A stretch of 32,000 nucleotides of DNA. Source: Thermoproteus tenax Kra 1 (GTDB lineage: Archaea > Thermoproteota > Thermoprotei > Thermoproteales > Thermoproteaceae). The notes beneath the pieces are model-generated. The model was not told where the DNA came from and ran no database searches. It was given only the letters and a program-made list of their open reading frames with translations. Positions 7,031 to 14,821 of this stretch are shown here, in pieces. Where the stretch lies: positions 900,001-932,000 of the forward strand of contig NC_016070.1 in assembly GCF_000253055.1 (NCBI RefSeq), given 5' to 3'. Positions within the stretch are counted from its first letter, which is position 1. Each line of letters opens with the position of its first letter. Both the position numbers and the translations under genes were made by a program.

Positions 7031-7736
7031 AGGCCTCGCGGAGCTCGGCCAATTGCTCCATCCTGCCCAACCTCCTAATTATATTGCGGGCGAGCGTCCA
7101 CGCTGCGTTGACGTCTCTGTTTAACTGGACTTTACACTTAGGGCAGTAGACCAAGCGTCCTCTCTTGGTCATCCTGCCGCCGCATACGGGGCAGACATCC
7201 GACAGCATAGTGGTGTGTAGCTCCACGAAGTTCTCTTGCGCCAACGACAAGACCTCCCGCAGAGCTCTCTCGAACTGAGGAGCCATGGGCACGTCGGCTA
7301 TCAGAATGTTCACCCCCCTCTTGGGCACGAAGGCCTCTGAAATGCTCGAGGCGACCCCTCTGGCCACAAGCTCCGTGTAGCCCCCAAGTCTGAAGACTCT
7401 GTAGACTACGCCCCCCTCATTGACGTCCATGGCGTGGATTATAAGAGGCGCGCCCTCGGCCATCTCCCTTAGTCCGATCTTTTCATTGTCCCTTATCAGG
7501 CGGACAATGGCCCTATCCCCCTTGACATAGACCTCGGCCTTGGAGAGCCCCAAGGGCCTCCAATCGGCGTAGGTCAGACGCCATGATTTATACATACACA
7601 CCGGCATCTCTCCGGAGTAGAGCGAGACGACTGATTCAACTATTCGGACGGGTCCCCCCAGCTCGACCACAGCGTAGTCCCCTCCTATCGCTCCCCTGGC
7701 CCTCTCAGGGTCGCATTTGAGACTGTAGGTCAACAT
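7005..7736 (-). CDS. Compact TnpB/OrfB-like protein with RuvC-I-like and zinc-ribbon segments
   Basis: MLTYSLKCDPERARG...IIHAMDVNEGGVVYRV...ILIADVPMAPQFERAL...CPVCGGRMTKRGRLVYCPKCKVQLNRDVNAAWTLARNIIRRLG. The C-terminal CxxC-CxxC plus NRDVNAA pattern is the TnpB zinc ribbon/RuvC-III signature. The open frame extends to 7856; ATG at 7736 is the likely start, 12 bp after the KaiC-like gene stop. Confidence 0.72.
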   Translation of the reverse strand: MLTYSLKCDPERARGAIGGDYAVVELGGPVRIVESVVSLYSGEMPVCMYKSWRLTYADWRPLGLSKAEVYVKGDRAIVRLIRDNEKIGLREMAEGAPLIIHAMDVNEGGVVYRVFRLGGYTELVARGVASSISEAFVPKRGVNILIADVPMAPQFERALREVLSLAQENFVELHTTMLSDVCPVCGGRMTKRGRLVYCPKCKVQLNRDVNAAWTLARNIIRRLGRMEQLAELREAFMLSYPDV

Positions 7737-7747
7737 GCCGGCTCCAC

Positions 7748-8500
7748 TTACTCCGTTTTTATCCCCATCTCGGCCATCCTTCTGTTGAGATCCCTCAACA
7801 ACGCCTTGACGTCTACTTCCACCACCTTTTTGTCCACTATGTCTATATGGACCCAATCGTGGGAGACCCTCAGCCCTCTGGCCCTCGCAATCCTCAACCT
7901 CCTCATGAACAAGCCCATCTGTTCTAAGTTGGGATCCACCTCGGCCTCGATGATGAGGTCGGCCAGATGCTCGGCCAGGGCCAACGTGTTGGCTACATCC
8001 TCTACATCTGTATGGACGATGCCCACCACTATATTGTTGGTATATTTGGCGAATATCTTAAGTCCTCTGAACAGCTCAAAGACGTTCGACGACCTCAGTA
8101 TCACCTCGTTGAGGGAGTCGATTACCACTAGCCCGTTTTTGACGTACTCCGCCAACTCGGCCAGTTTGTCCAAAAAGGCCCTTGTATCCAAGACGTCCAA
8201 CCTCGATTTGTTCCAAAGCTTCATTTTGTTGATCCTCTCGGTGGGGGCATAGAAGCCGTCGACGATCAAGACCTCGGATGGATTCACGCCCCTCGACCTC
8301 AAGGCGTCCAGCACGTCATCGGGCAGAGCATCGATGGCGAACACTGCGGCGGGCGCCCCGGCATCTAGAGCGCTTTTCACGAAACAGTATGCGAAGAAGG
8401 TTTTGCCGACTCCCAAGGGGCCCTCAAGCAAGACGAGGTAGCCCGGGGGGACTCCGGACGGCGGAAGCTGTTGGTCGATAGGCTCAACTCCGGTCCTCAT
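7748..8500 (-). CDS. KaiC/RecA-superfamily ATPase
   Basis: 250 aa: VLLEGPLGVGKTFFAYCFVKSALDAGAPAAVFAID...NGLVVIDSLNEVI: Walker A and B with KaiC-like layout. Confidence 0.8.
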   Translation of the reverse strand: MRTGVEPIDQQLPPSGVPPGYLVLLEGPLGVGKTFFAYCFVKSALDAGAPAAVFAIDALPDDVLDALRSRGVNPSEVLIVDGFYAPTERINKMKLWNKSRLDVLDTRAFLDKLAELAEYVKNGLVVIDSLNEVILRSSNVFELFRGLKIFAKYTNNIVVGIVHTDVEDVANTLALAEHLADLIIEAEVDPNLEQMGLFMRRLRIARARGLRVSHDWVHIDIVDKKVVEVDVKALLRDLNRRMAEMGIKTE

Positions 8501-8554
8501 AGTCTCTATGTTCCCCCCTTTTAAGAGCTTTTAACTAGCGGCCAGCTCTGGTTT

Positions 8555-9433
8555 GTGGGCGTGATAGCCAAATTCGACCCTTGGGGCAACCCGCTCTGTC
8601 CGTGTCCCCCCAAGTACGGCTTGAACCCCTACACTGGGTGTGGGCACGGCTGTCTCTACTGCTATATAACCGGCTACATCCCCCGCGCCTTCCAGCCCAG
8701 GCCCAAGGAGGATCTCCTAGAGCGGATTATGAGGGATCTGAAGAAGTTGCCCAAGGGGTCCGTGATATCGTTGTCCAACTCCTCGGACCCCTACACTCCG
8801 CCCGAGGCGCAGCTCAAGCTGACCCGCAAGGCCCTGTCCCTCATCTTGGGCGAAGGCCATAAGGTGCTCATAGTGACGAAATCGCCGTTGGTGTTGAGAG
8901 ACTTGGACTTGTTCACAAGATACAAGGGTAGAGTCGTGGTGCAGATAACTATAACTACTCTTGACGAAAAGTTGGCGAGCGTCTTGGAGCCGAACGCGCC
9001 CAAGCCGTCGGCCCGGCTGGAGGCGGTCAGAAGGCTTTCCCGCGCAGGTATACCGACTGGAGTTAGGCTGGACCCCATAGTGCCCTTTGTAAACGATAGC
9101 CTAGACTCGCTGGCGGCAGTGGTCGACGCGGCGGCCGGGGCCGGGGCGAGGCAGCTGGTGGCCAGCACGTACAAGGCTAAGCCGGACAACTTCGCCAGAC
9201 TCTTGAGGGCCTTCCCGGAGCTCACCGATAGGCTCAAGGACATGTACTGGACTAGGGGAACCTACATGCATGGGCAGAGATATGCGCCGGCAGAGTACAG
9301 AAGGAGGATATTGGAGGCGGTCAAAGCTATGGCAGAGGCCGCGGGGCTTCAATTCAACGTGTGTAGGGAGGAGTTCTTCGACCTTAACACGCCCAACACG
9401 TATTGCGACGGAAGTAACTTACTCTCCAGTTAG
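8555..9433 (+). CDS. Radical SAM protein, spore photoproduct lyase (SplB)-like family
   Basis: NPYTGCGHGCLYCYITGYIPRAFQPRPKEDLLERI...VISLSNSSDPYTPPEAQ...VTKSPLVLRDLDLF...LDPIVPFVND. Confidence 0.88.
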   Translation: MGVIAKFDPWGNPLCPCPPKYGLNPYTGCGHGCLYCYITGYIPRAFQPRPKEDLLERIMRDLKKLPKGSVISLSNSSDPYTPPEAQLKLTRKALSLILGEGHKVLIVTKSPLVLRDLDLFTRYKGRVVVQITITTLDEKLASVLEPNAPKPSARLEAVRRLSRAGIPTGVRLDPIVPFVNDSLDSLAAVVDAAAGAGARQLVASTYKAKPDNFARLLRAFPELTDRLKDMYWTRGTYMHGQRYAPAEYRRRILEAVKAMAEAAGLQFNVCREEFFDLNTPNTYCDGSNLLSS

Positions 9434-9539
9434 GGCGCGTTTTATCCTTCCGCCGTAGACGCCCCAGTTGTCCAAGGCCCTTTTGAGCACCTCGGCGAAC
9501 TCGACGTCGCCCGCGAGCGTGGCCACGGCCTCTGAGATT

Positions 9540-9606
9540 ATCGAGGAGTATATTATTCTTGAGCATCATGCCGCCGTCTATGACCACGTTGACATGGCAA
9601 ACAGCA
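9540..9606 (-). pseudogene. C-terminal remnant of short-chain dehydrogenase/reductase
   Basis: Minus strand encodes HVNVVIDGGMMLKNNILLDNL, like the SDR C-terminal (T)G..V.VDGG...L motif, not connected to an intact gene. Confidence 0.5.
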
Positions 9607-9608
9607 AG

Positions 9609-9628
9609 CCTCGCCCTTTAGGGTGGGG
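9609..9628. mobile_element. Hairpin resembling the conserved end structure of archaeal IS605/TnpB elements
   Basis: CCTCGCCC-TTTA-GGGTGGGG (8 bp including 2 wobble pairs) followed by ATGGAT, similar to the CCTCGCCCTTCAGGGCGGGGA-type ends of crenarchaeal TnpB elements. Confidence 0.5.
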
Positions 9629-9715
9629 ATGGATTTAAGCTGTTTCACGGCCGAAGAAAGGCGTTCCGTGCAGGAGGAAACCTGAAAAGCACTGTGCGGC
9701 GGACTATATTTTATT

Positions 9716-9990
9716 ATGGAAGCAGGGGATGGCAGAGAGGGGAGCGGGCAGAGGAGAGGCAGGAAGCGAAAGCGCAACAAGGGCAACGCTGAGGAGGAGA
9801 AAGCGCACGTCCTAACGCACGCCGTCGTTGTCCCCAGCCCGCGGCTGAGCTGGAGGAAGTTCAATACGCTGAAGGAGCTTGTGGAGAAGTACAGGGAGCT
9901 GGTCGTCCACTTCGTCGAGTTCGCGAGCGCGGCGTGACTGGACAGATCTCGCTCAGCAGAGCCCTCTACGGGGAGCTGAGGGGGGGCATC
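9716..9990 (+). pseudogene. Truncated, frameshifted TnpB (IS200/IS605 OrfB) N-terminal remnant
   Basis: Frame 1: HAVVVPSPRLSWRKFNTLKELVEKYRELVVHFVEFASAA*; then shifted frame: VTGQISLSRALYGELRGG. Together these match the N-terminal layout of Thermoproteales TnpB; the rest of the gene is missing. Confidence 0.62.
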
Positions 9991-10016
9991 CGGTGCACCG
10001 ATGCCCCGGGCCCCTC
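9978..10016. repeat. GC-rich imperfect palindrome at the TnpB remnant/SDR junction
   Basis: GAGGGGGGGCATCCGGTG|CACCGATGCCCCGGGCCCCTC; arms pair as GGGCATC(C)GGTG / CACCGATGCCC plus outer GAGGGG / CCCCTC. Confidence 0.6.
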
Positions 10017-10053
10017 CCGCGACTACGGCCACCTTGCCCGCGAACTTAGCCAT
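9993..10053 (-). pseudogene. N-terminal remnant of short-chain dehydrogenase/reductase
   Basis: MAKFAGKVAVVAGGARGIGA read from ATG at 10053 is a Rossmann GxxxGIG SDR start; homology ends abruptly at the palindrome. Confidence 0.68.
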
Positions 10054-10077
10054 AAAAATTCACAGAAGTATAATTTA

Positions 10078-10755
10078 GTGCTTCCTCCCGTTGAGGCCAT
10101 CTTTAGATATGTAGAACACCTCGTAAGGCATACCCCCCTCTGGCTCTTCCTTGCCACATTCGCCATTCAGAGCGTGCCCTTCTCGCCAGTGCCCAGCTAT
10201 ATACCGTTAGTGTTCTATACTCTATATCACGTGAGATCCTCCAGTGATCTGGCGGCGGCAGTCTTCGTCTCAGCGGCGGGCGCCATCGCGGGGAAGATCG
10301 TAGTGTTCCTCTTCGGCGATTGGCTCAAGCCCTTGATGCCGCGCAAGAGCAGAGAGACGTTCAGAGAGCTGTTGCGCTCTATACCGGAGGACAAACTGAG
10401 CCTCGCCTTGTTCCTAATGGCCGCCCTTCCGTTGCCTGACGACGAAGTCTATATACTCTTGAGGGCCGGCGACTACGATTTGAGGAAACTTCTGATCGTT
10501 ATCACGCCGGCGAAGGTCCTCTGGGCTTTCTCCCATGTTATGTACATAGTGGCCCTCCGTGGAGCAATCGCTCCATTGATCGGAGGAGGGCCGCTCGCTG
10601 AGGGCGCGTTGGTATCGGCGGTGACGCTAGCCCTCACAGTAGCGGCGCTGAGGGCGGACTGGTCTCAAACGTTTAAGTGCTATAGGTCCCACGGCGCTGT
10701 GGCGGCTGTGAAGACGGCCCTAAAGAGCATCGTCGGAGGGAGCGACTTGGGCTGA
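10078..10755 (+). CDS. Polytopic membrane protein (VTT/DedA- or small-multidrug-like, family uncertain)
   Basis: Hydrophobic segments (LWLFLATFAIQSVPFSPVPSYIPLVFYTLYH...LAAAVFVSAAGAIAGKIVVFLFGDW...LSLALFLMAALPLPDDEVYILL). The open frame begins at 9934, but upstream codons are element/SDR sequence; GTG 10078 follows TATA-like AAGTATAAT. Confidence 0.68.
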   Translation: MLPPVEAIFRYVEHLVRHTPLWLFLATFAIQSVPFSPVPSYIPLVFYTLYHVRSSSDLAAAVFVSAAGAIAGKIVVFLFGDWLKPLMPRKSRETFRELLRSIPEDKLSLALFLMAALPLPDDEVYILLRAGDYDLRKLLIVITPAKVLWAFSHVMYIVALRGAIAPLIGGGPLAEGALVSAVTLALTVAALRADWSQTFKCYRSHGAVAAVKTALKSIVGGSDLG

Positions 10756-10862
10756 AGAGAGGGCGGAGTGTAGGCCCCCCGGAGGAGGCCCTATCATCGG
10801 CGCGGGGTGCCCGCCGCTCTGGACCTCACACCTAGGGCCAGTATCTAAGGATGTCGTTTTAT

Positions 10863-13688
10863 TTATTTTTCGAGGTAGATGCCGGGCTTCAGGGGTAGCG
10901 CCGCGCGCTTCTTGCCTCCTAGGTCAGGAGCCTGGGGATCGTCGGCTTTATACACCAACACGTCCAAGGACAAGGCCTTAGATATGTATGTCCCCAGCTC
11001 TGCCAATGTGGAGTACTCGTCGAAGTACTCCACATCGGCCACCAGCTGTCTAACCTCATCGCTGAGCTGTCTGGCGAAGTCGAAAACTCTCTTGGCCATA
11101 TTAGCCGGCACGCCCGCAGATATAAGCTCCCTTACGTCCTTCGCCTTGGCGGCTGCCTTAAGCCAGGCGAAGTTCCCGTTGACGTAGATCACAGCCCTTT
11201 TGGCGTCCTCCACTATCTTCATCAGGCTGGAGACGTCCTCTATCAACATATCGACATATCTCATGGCCAACAATACCCCTTTGTCTACGGGCAGAGTAGG
11301 CCAGGGGGCCTTAGCCACGAACGGCCTCTCCCCGAGTCTCTCCCACAGCTCCTCGGCCATGTGGGGTACTATGGGCTCCATGGCGATTATCCATGCCTTC
11401 AGCACATCGATTATGGACTTGCTGGGCGTGCCCGCGATGGCCAGATAGCGCTCGGCAAGCCTCCTCATATCGTACAAAATATATACGGCGGCCTCTCTGA
11501 TGGAGACTTCCTCGTACGCCCTCGCCGCCTTTTCTAACAAGAGGGCGGCCTCGGATCTGAACCACCTCTCGGCGGTGCCCTCACCTCTGTCCTCTGCCCT
11601 CTCGACGATACTCAAGATCAGATCGAAGATCTCCTCCAAATGTTTGGCTATGAACCTGGCCACAGTGCCTCTGAAGTCCAAGTCTTGGTCAACCTCGGCG
11701 GATACTGCGAGCGTCGCCCTCAGAGGATCTGCTCCGTATTGATTCACGGCCTTGCCCAACGCCAACACGTTGCGCTTGGATTTAGACATCTTCTCTCCCT
11801 CAACTAAGACCCAGCCGTTGGCCACTATCTGTCTCGGCCAGAGCTCCCGCGGGAAGATGGCCGCGTGGTTGAACAAGAAGAAGGTCAAGTGGTTGGGGAT
11901 CAGATCCTTGCCCGAGTTGCGGGAATCGAGGGGGTACCAGTATGTGAACTCCTCCCTTATGGCCTTGAGCACGTCTGGGCTTGCGCCGATCGCCCTAGAT
12001 ACCTCCTCGGGGGACCCCCTCCCCAGAAATACGTAGTCCCAGAAGGCCTCGGTCAACTGGTCCGGCCTCAGGCCGAACTCTCTAATCTTCCTTATCACAG
12101 TGTAGTAGGCCATGTATATCGTTGAGTCGCTTAGGCTCTCTATGATCCAGTTTGGATCCCACGGAAGCGGCGTGCCCAAGCCCCTCGTCCTTGCGCACGC
12201 CCTCTTGTCCAGCCAGTCTATAGTGGCCTCGAAGTGCGCCCGGGCCTCTGGCGGCAGTATCCTCATGCTCCTCAACAGCTCCTTAGTGAGGCTCTTCCAG
12301 CCGGGATCGCCGTAGTTCAAGAACCATTGATCCTCGAGGACTTTCACCACTACTTCTGTGCCGCATCTGCAGTACACGGGCTTGTTCATGATCTCGTACA
12401 TCTCGCCGCCAATGCCAGCGGCCCTCATCCACGCCTTAATGGTCTCTCTCGCCTCCCTCACGGGCTTCCCAGCAATGTAGAGCGAGAAGAACCCTTTGAG
12501 GAGGGCGCGCGCAAGCTCGGGCAGATCTCTCCCGACTCTCTCCACGACGTCTTGCCTCATGACGCCCTTGTTGTGCTCAGCCATATAGACCTCCTTTGTC
12601 GCATCCTCGAGCTTGGGGTCAGTCTGGCTCTTTATGCCCATCCTCTCCACGACCTCCTTTGCGGGGAACTCGCCGTAGCCCTCTACTGTGATCAGAGGAA
12701 TGAGCCTCTCTTGGCCTAGCTCCTTCAAGGCGACATAGTCGTAGGGCGCGTGCGCAGGAACCGCCATCACGACGCCAGTGCCCGTATGCACATCTACAAA
12801 CTTGGCCGGCAATATGGGGACTTTTTCCCCGGTTACTGGGTTGCGCACGCTGGCTCCCACGAACTTCTCGCCCTTAACCCTCTCCAGAACCTTAACTTTT
12901 GTCTGGAAGGAGAGTCTAAAGGCGGCATCTAGGCTGAGCACCACCCTCCTGCCATCGGCCTCGGCCACTGCGTAGTCCTCGTCCGGATTTATCCACAAGT
13001 TGGTCACCCCCAAGACTGTCTCTGGCCTGAGGGTGGCCGCAGGGTAGTAGAGCCCATCGGTTCCCTCGAAGAATATCAGAGTCCACTCGCCTATCTCGGG
13101 CTCTTTGTCGTCTTTCGTATCGTGTGCCCCCACCGGCATTTGGTGTTTTGGACACCACCCCACGGGGTGTCTGCCCCTCACCACTAGCCCCCTATCCGCC
13201 AATTTCTTGAACTGCCACCTTATGAACTGTTGATACTCTGGGTCTATGGTGGTGAACTCGCGCGACCAATCGATGGAAAGCCCCATTTTCTTCATATATT
13301 GTTTGGACAGCTCTCTGAAGTAGTTGGCCAAGAAGAGCGGATCGCCCATCCTTTTCACGTCCTCCTCAGGCACGTCGTATATCACTTTGAAGTCCTCCAT
13401 AGTCTTTCTATCTCCAGCCGCGATAGATTCGGCGACAGTCAATATGGGGGTGCCCGTATAGTGGAAGCCCATGGGGTAGAGCACGGCGTAGCCTCTGTGC
13501 CTATAAAACCTAGCTAGCACGTCCGCTATGAGATAGGTTCTGCCGTGGCCTATGTGTATAGCTCCGTTGGGATAGGGATATGCGGCCGTTATAAAATACT
13601 TGGGCCTCCCAGGCTCCGGCGTTGCCTCAAAGACGCGGGCCTCGGCCCACCGCCTCTGCCACTTCTCCTCAATAGAGTGAAAATCCAT
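10863..13688 (-). CDS. leuS: Leucyl-tRNA synthetase, archaeal type
   Basis: 941 aa: FITAAYPYPNGAIHIGHGRTYLIADVLARFYRHRGYAVLYPMGFHYTGTPI (HIGH region), GEKMSKSKRNV (KMSKS), archaeal LeuRS-like C-terminal region. Confidence 0.96.
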   Translation of the reverse strand: MDFHSIEEKWQRRWAEARVFEATPEPGRPKYFITAAYPYPNGAIHIGHGRTYLIADVLARFYRHRGYAVLYPMGFHYTGTPILTVAESIAAGDRKTMEDFKVIYDVPEEDVKRMGDPLFLANYFRELSKQYMKKMGLSIDWSREFTTIDPEYQQFIRWQFKKLADRGLVVRGRHPVGWCPKHQMPVGAHDTKDDKEPEIGEWTLIFFEGTDGLYYPAATLRPETVLGVTNLWINPDEDYAVAEADGRRVVLSLDAAFRLSFQTKVKVLERVKGEKFVGASVRNPVTGEKVPILPAKFVDVHTGTGVVMAVPAHAPYDYVALKELGQERLIPLITVEGYGEFPAKEVVERMGIKSQTDPKLEDATKEVYMAEHNKGVMRQDVVERVGRDLPELARALLKGFFSLYIAGKPVREARETIKAWMRAAGIGGEMYEIMNKPVYCRCGTEVVVKVLEDQWFLNYGDPGWKSLTKELLRSMRILPPEARAHFEATIDWLDKRACARTRGLGTPLPWDPNWIIESLSDSTIYMAYYTVIRKIREFGLRPDQLTEAFWDYVFLGRGSPEEVSRAIGASPDVLKAIREEFTYWYPLDSRNSGKDLIPNHLTFFLFNHAAIFPRELWPRQIVANGWVLVEGEKMSKSKRNVLALGKAVNQYGADPLRATLAVSAEVDQDLDFRGTVARFIAKHLEEIFDLILSIVERAEDRGEGTAERWFRSEAALLLEKAARAYEEVSIREAAVYILYDMRRLAERYLAIAGTPSKSIIDVLKAWIIAMEPIVPHMAEELWERLGERPFVAKAPWPTLPVDKGVLLAMRYVDMLIEDVSSLMKIVEDAKRAVIYVNGNFAWLKAAAKAKDVRELISAGVPANMAKRVFDFARQLSDEVRQLVADVEYFDEYSTLAELGTYISKALSLDVLVYKADDPQAPDLGGKKRAALPLKPGIYLEK

Positions 13689-13710
13689 AGGCTACGCAGA
13701 GGCACAGTTT

Positions 13711-14550
13711 TTATTTATTTCGAGGTCTCATATATGCGTAATCGGGACACTTCTTTACAATTTTTTTGCTGTAGGCAAGCCCCACCTCTAACAACACTGC
13801 GAAGGGCAAGAACGTGAGAAACACGGAGATGAGCGTTGCGTCCGGAGTAAACACAGCTATGATTATTAGGGAGAAGGCGTATATCACGGGCCGATACTCA
13901 GCGATAGACCAGGGGTTTATCAAACAGAGCTCCGAGAGCACGGCGATTACGACGGGGGCCTCGAAGAATATCCCCGACCACAACGCTATCTGGATTATTG
14001 TATCCACCACTGAGCCTATGCTGAACACCGGCGTGACGCCCGGCAACACGCTGGAGATGTCTATGAGGAAGCGGAGGAAGAACCGGGCAATTAGGCCCAG
14101 GCCGTAGAGGTTGCCAAGGTAGAAGAGTAGCACGGCGAATGCAAGATATTTCCTCACGGCTCTGATCTCGTGGGGGTAGAGCGCGGGCTTTATATATGCC
14201 CATACTTCGTACACAAGATAGGGCGCTATAGCCAACGCGGTGAAGTAGAGCGAGACGTACAACAACGCGTTGAAGGGGGCGAAGACCTCGCCTGAGATCA
14301 ACATGACGTTAGTGTAGGCCATATGTATCGAGGGGTTTATGACATACCTATAGAAGACGTCGTAGGCCAACGTCGTGTAGTTTCCCGTAACGAAGAAGCC
14401 CGTTATGATCTGGAGGGGGTCCGAGAGACGTTGGGGAGTCGGCATTAGCGTGAGGAGGAAGACTATGACGCCGACTACTAGGACCCTCTTGAGTCTATAC
14501 GCCAGCTCGGCCAAGTGCTCCCACAGCGGCATCTCTTTATCAGAGGACAC
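13711..14550 (-). CDS. tatC: Sec-independent protein translocase TatC
   Basis: MPLWEHLAELAYRLKRVLVVGVIVF...FNALLYVSLYFTALAIAPYLVYEVWAYIKPALYPHEIRAVRKYL...FTPDATLISVFLTFLPFAVLLEVGL. Confidence 0.93.
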   Translation of the reverse strand: MSSDKEMPLWEHLAELAYRLKRVLVVGVIVFLLTLMPTPQRLSDPLQIITGFFVTGNYTTLAYDVFYRYVINPSIHMAYTNVMLISGEVFAPFNALLYVSLYFTALAIAPYLVYEVWAYIKPALYPHEIRAVRKYLAFAVLLFYLGNLYGLGLIARFFLRFLIDISSVLPGVTPVFSIGSVVDTIIQIALWSGIFFEAPVVIAVLSELCLINPWSIAEYRPVIYAFSLIIIAVFTPDATLISVFLTFLPFAVLLEVGLAYSKKIVKKCPDYAYMRPRNK

Positions 14551-14579
14551 TGATACGTCCTTGTTTTCGACTAAAAGTT

Positions 14580-14774
14580 TTAGTCCTCGAATCTCGCCAA
14601 GCTGTCCTCAACAGCTATGGCGAAGACGAGCGGAAATATAATAGCCCAGAGCGCCATGGCCCTCATTGAGTTAAGGAAGCCTCCCCTCCATTTGAAATAC
14701 ATCAACAGAAGCCCCATCAAGAACAATAGGGAGAGCGCGTAGAGCTTTCTAAAGCCGCGCACAATTTTGTTCAC
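14580..14774 (-). CDS. Small two-helix membrane protein, hypothetical
   Basis: 64 aa MNKIVRGFRKLYALSLLFLMGLLLMYFKWRGGFLNSMRAMALWAIIFPLVFAIAVEDSLARFED; GTG start with upstream TTATATATA. Confidence 0.6.
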   Translation of the reverse strand: MNKIVRGFRKLYALSLLFLMGLLLMYFKWRGGFLNSMRAMALWAIIFPLVFAIAVEDSLARFED

Positions 14775-14821
14775 CCCTCTTCAGCCAAGTGTATATATAA
14801 CTTCTTTGCTTATCTTCTGTA

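Noticed and set aside
9553-10053. 166-aa minus-strand ORF
   Set aside because: Only the first about 20 residues (SDR start) are real protein; the remainder is antisense to the TnpB relic and low-complexity, so it is not an intact gene.
9934-10080. N-terminal extension of the membrane protein ORF
   Set aside because: These codons derive from the TnpB remnant and the reverse complement of the SDR start; the native start is more likely GTG 10078.
10756-10862. Possible C/D box sRNA or terminator 3' of leuS
   Set aside because: The minus strand has GATGATA but no proper RUGAUGA/CUGA spacing. A GGGCCTCC..GGGGGGCC hairpin exists but is too weak to call.
12916-13158. ORFs overlapping leuS and its flanks in other frames
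   Set aside because: Entirely inside the high-confidence leuS gene, with arginine/glycine-rich shadow composition.
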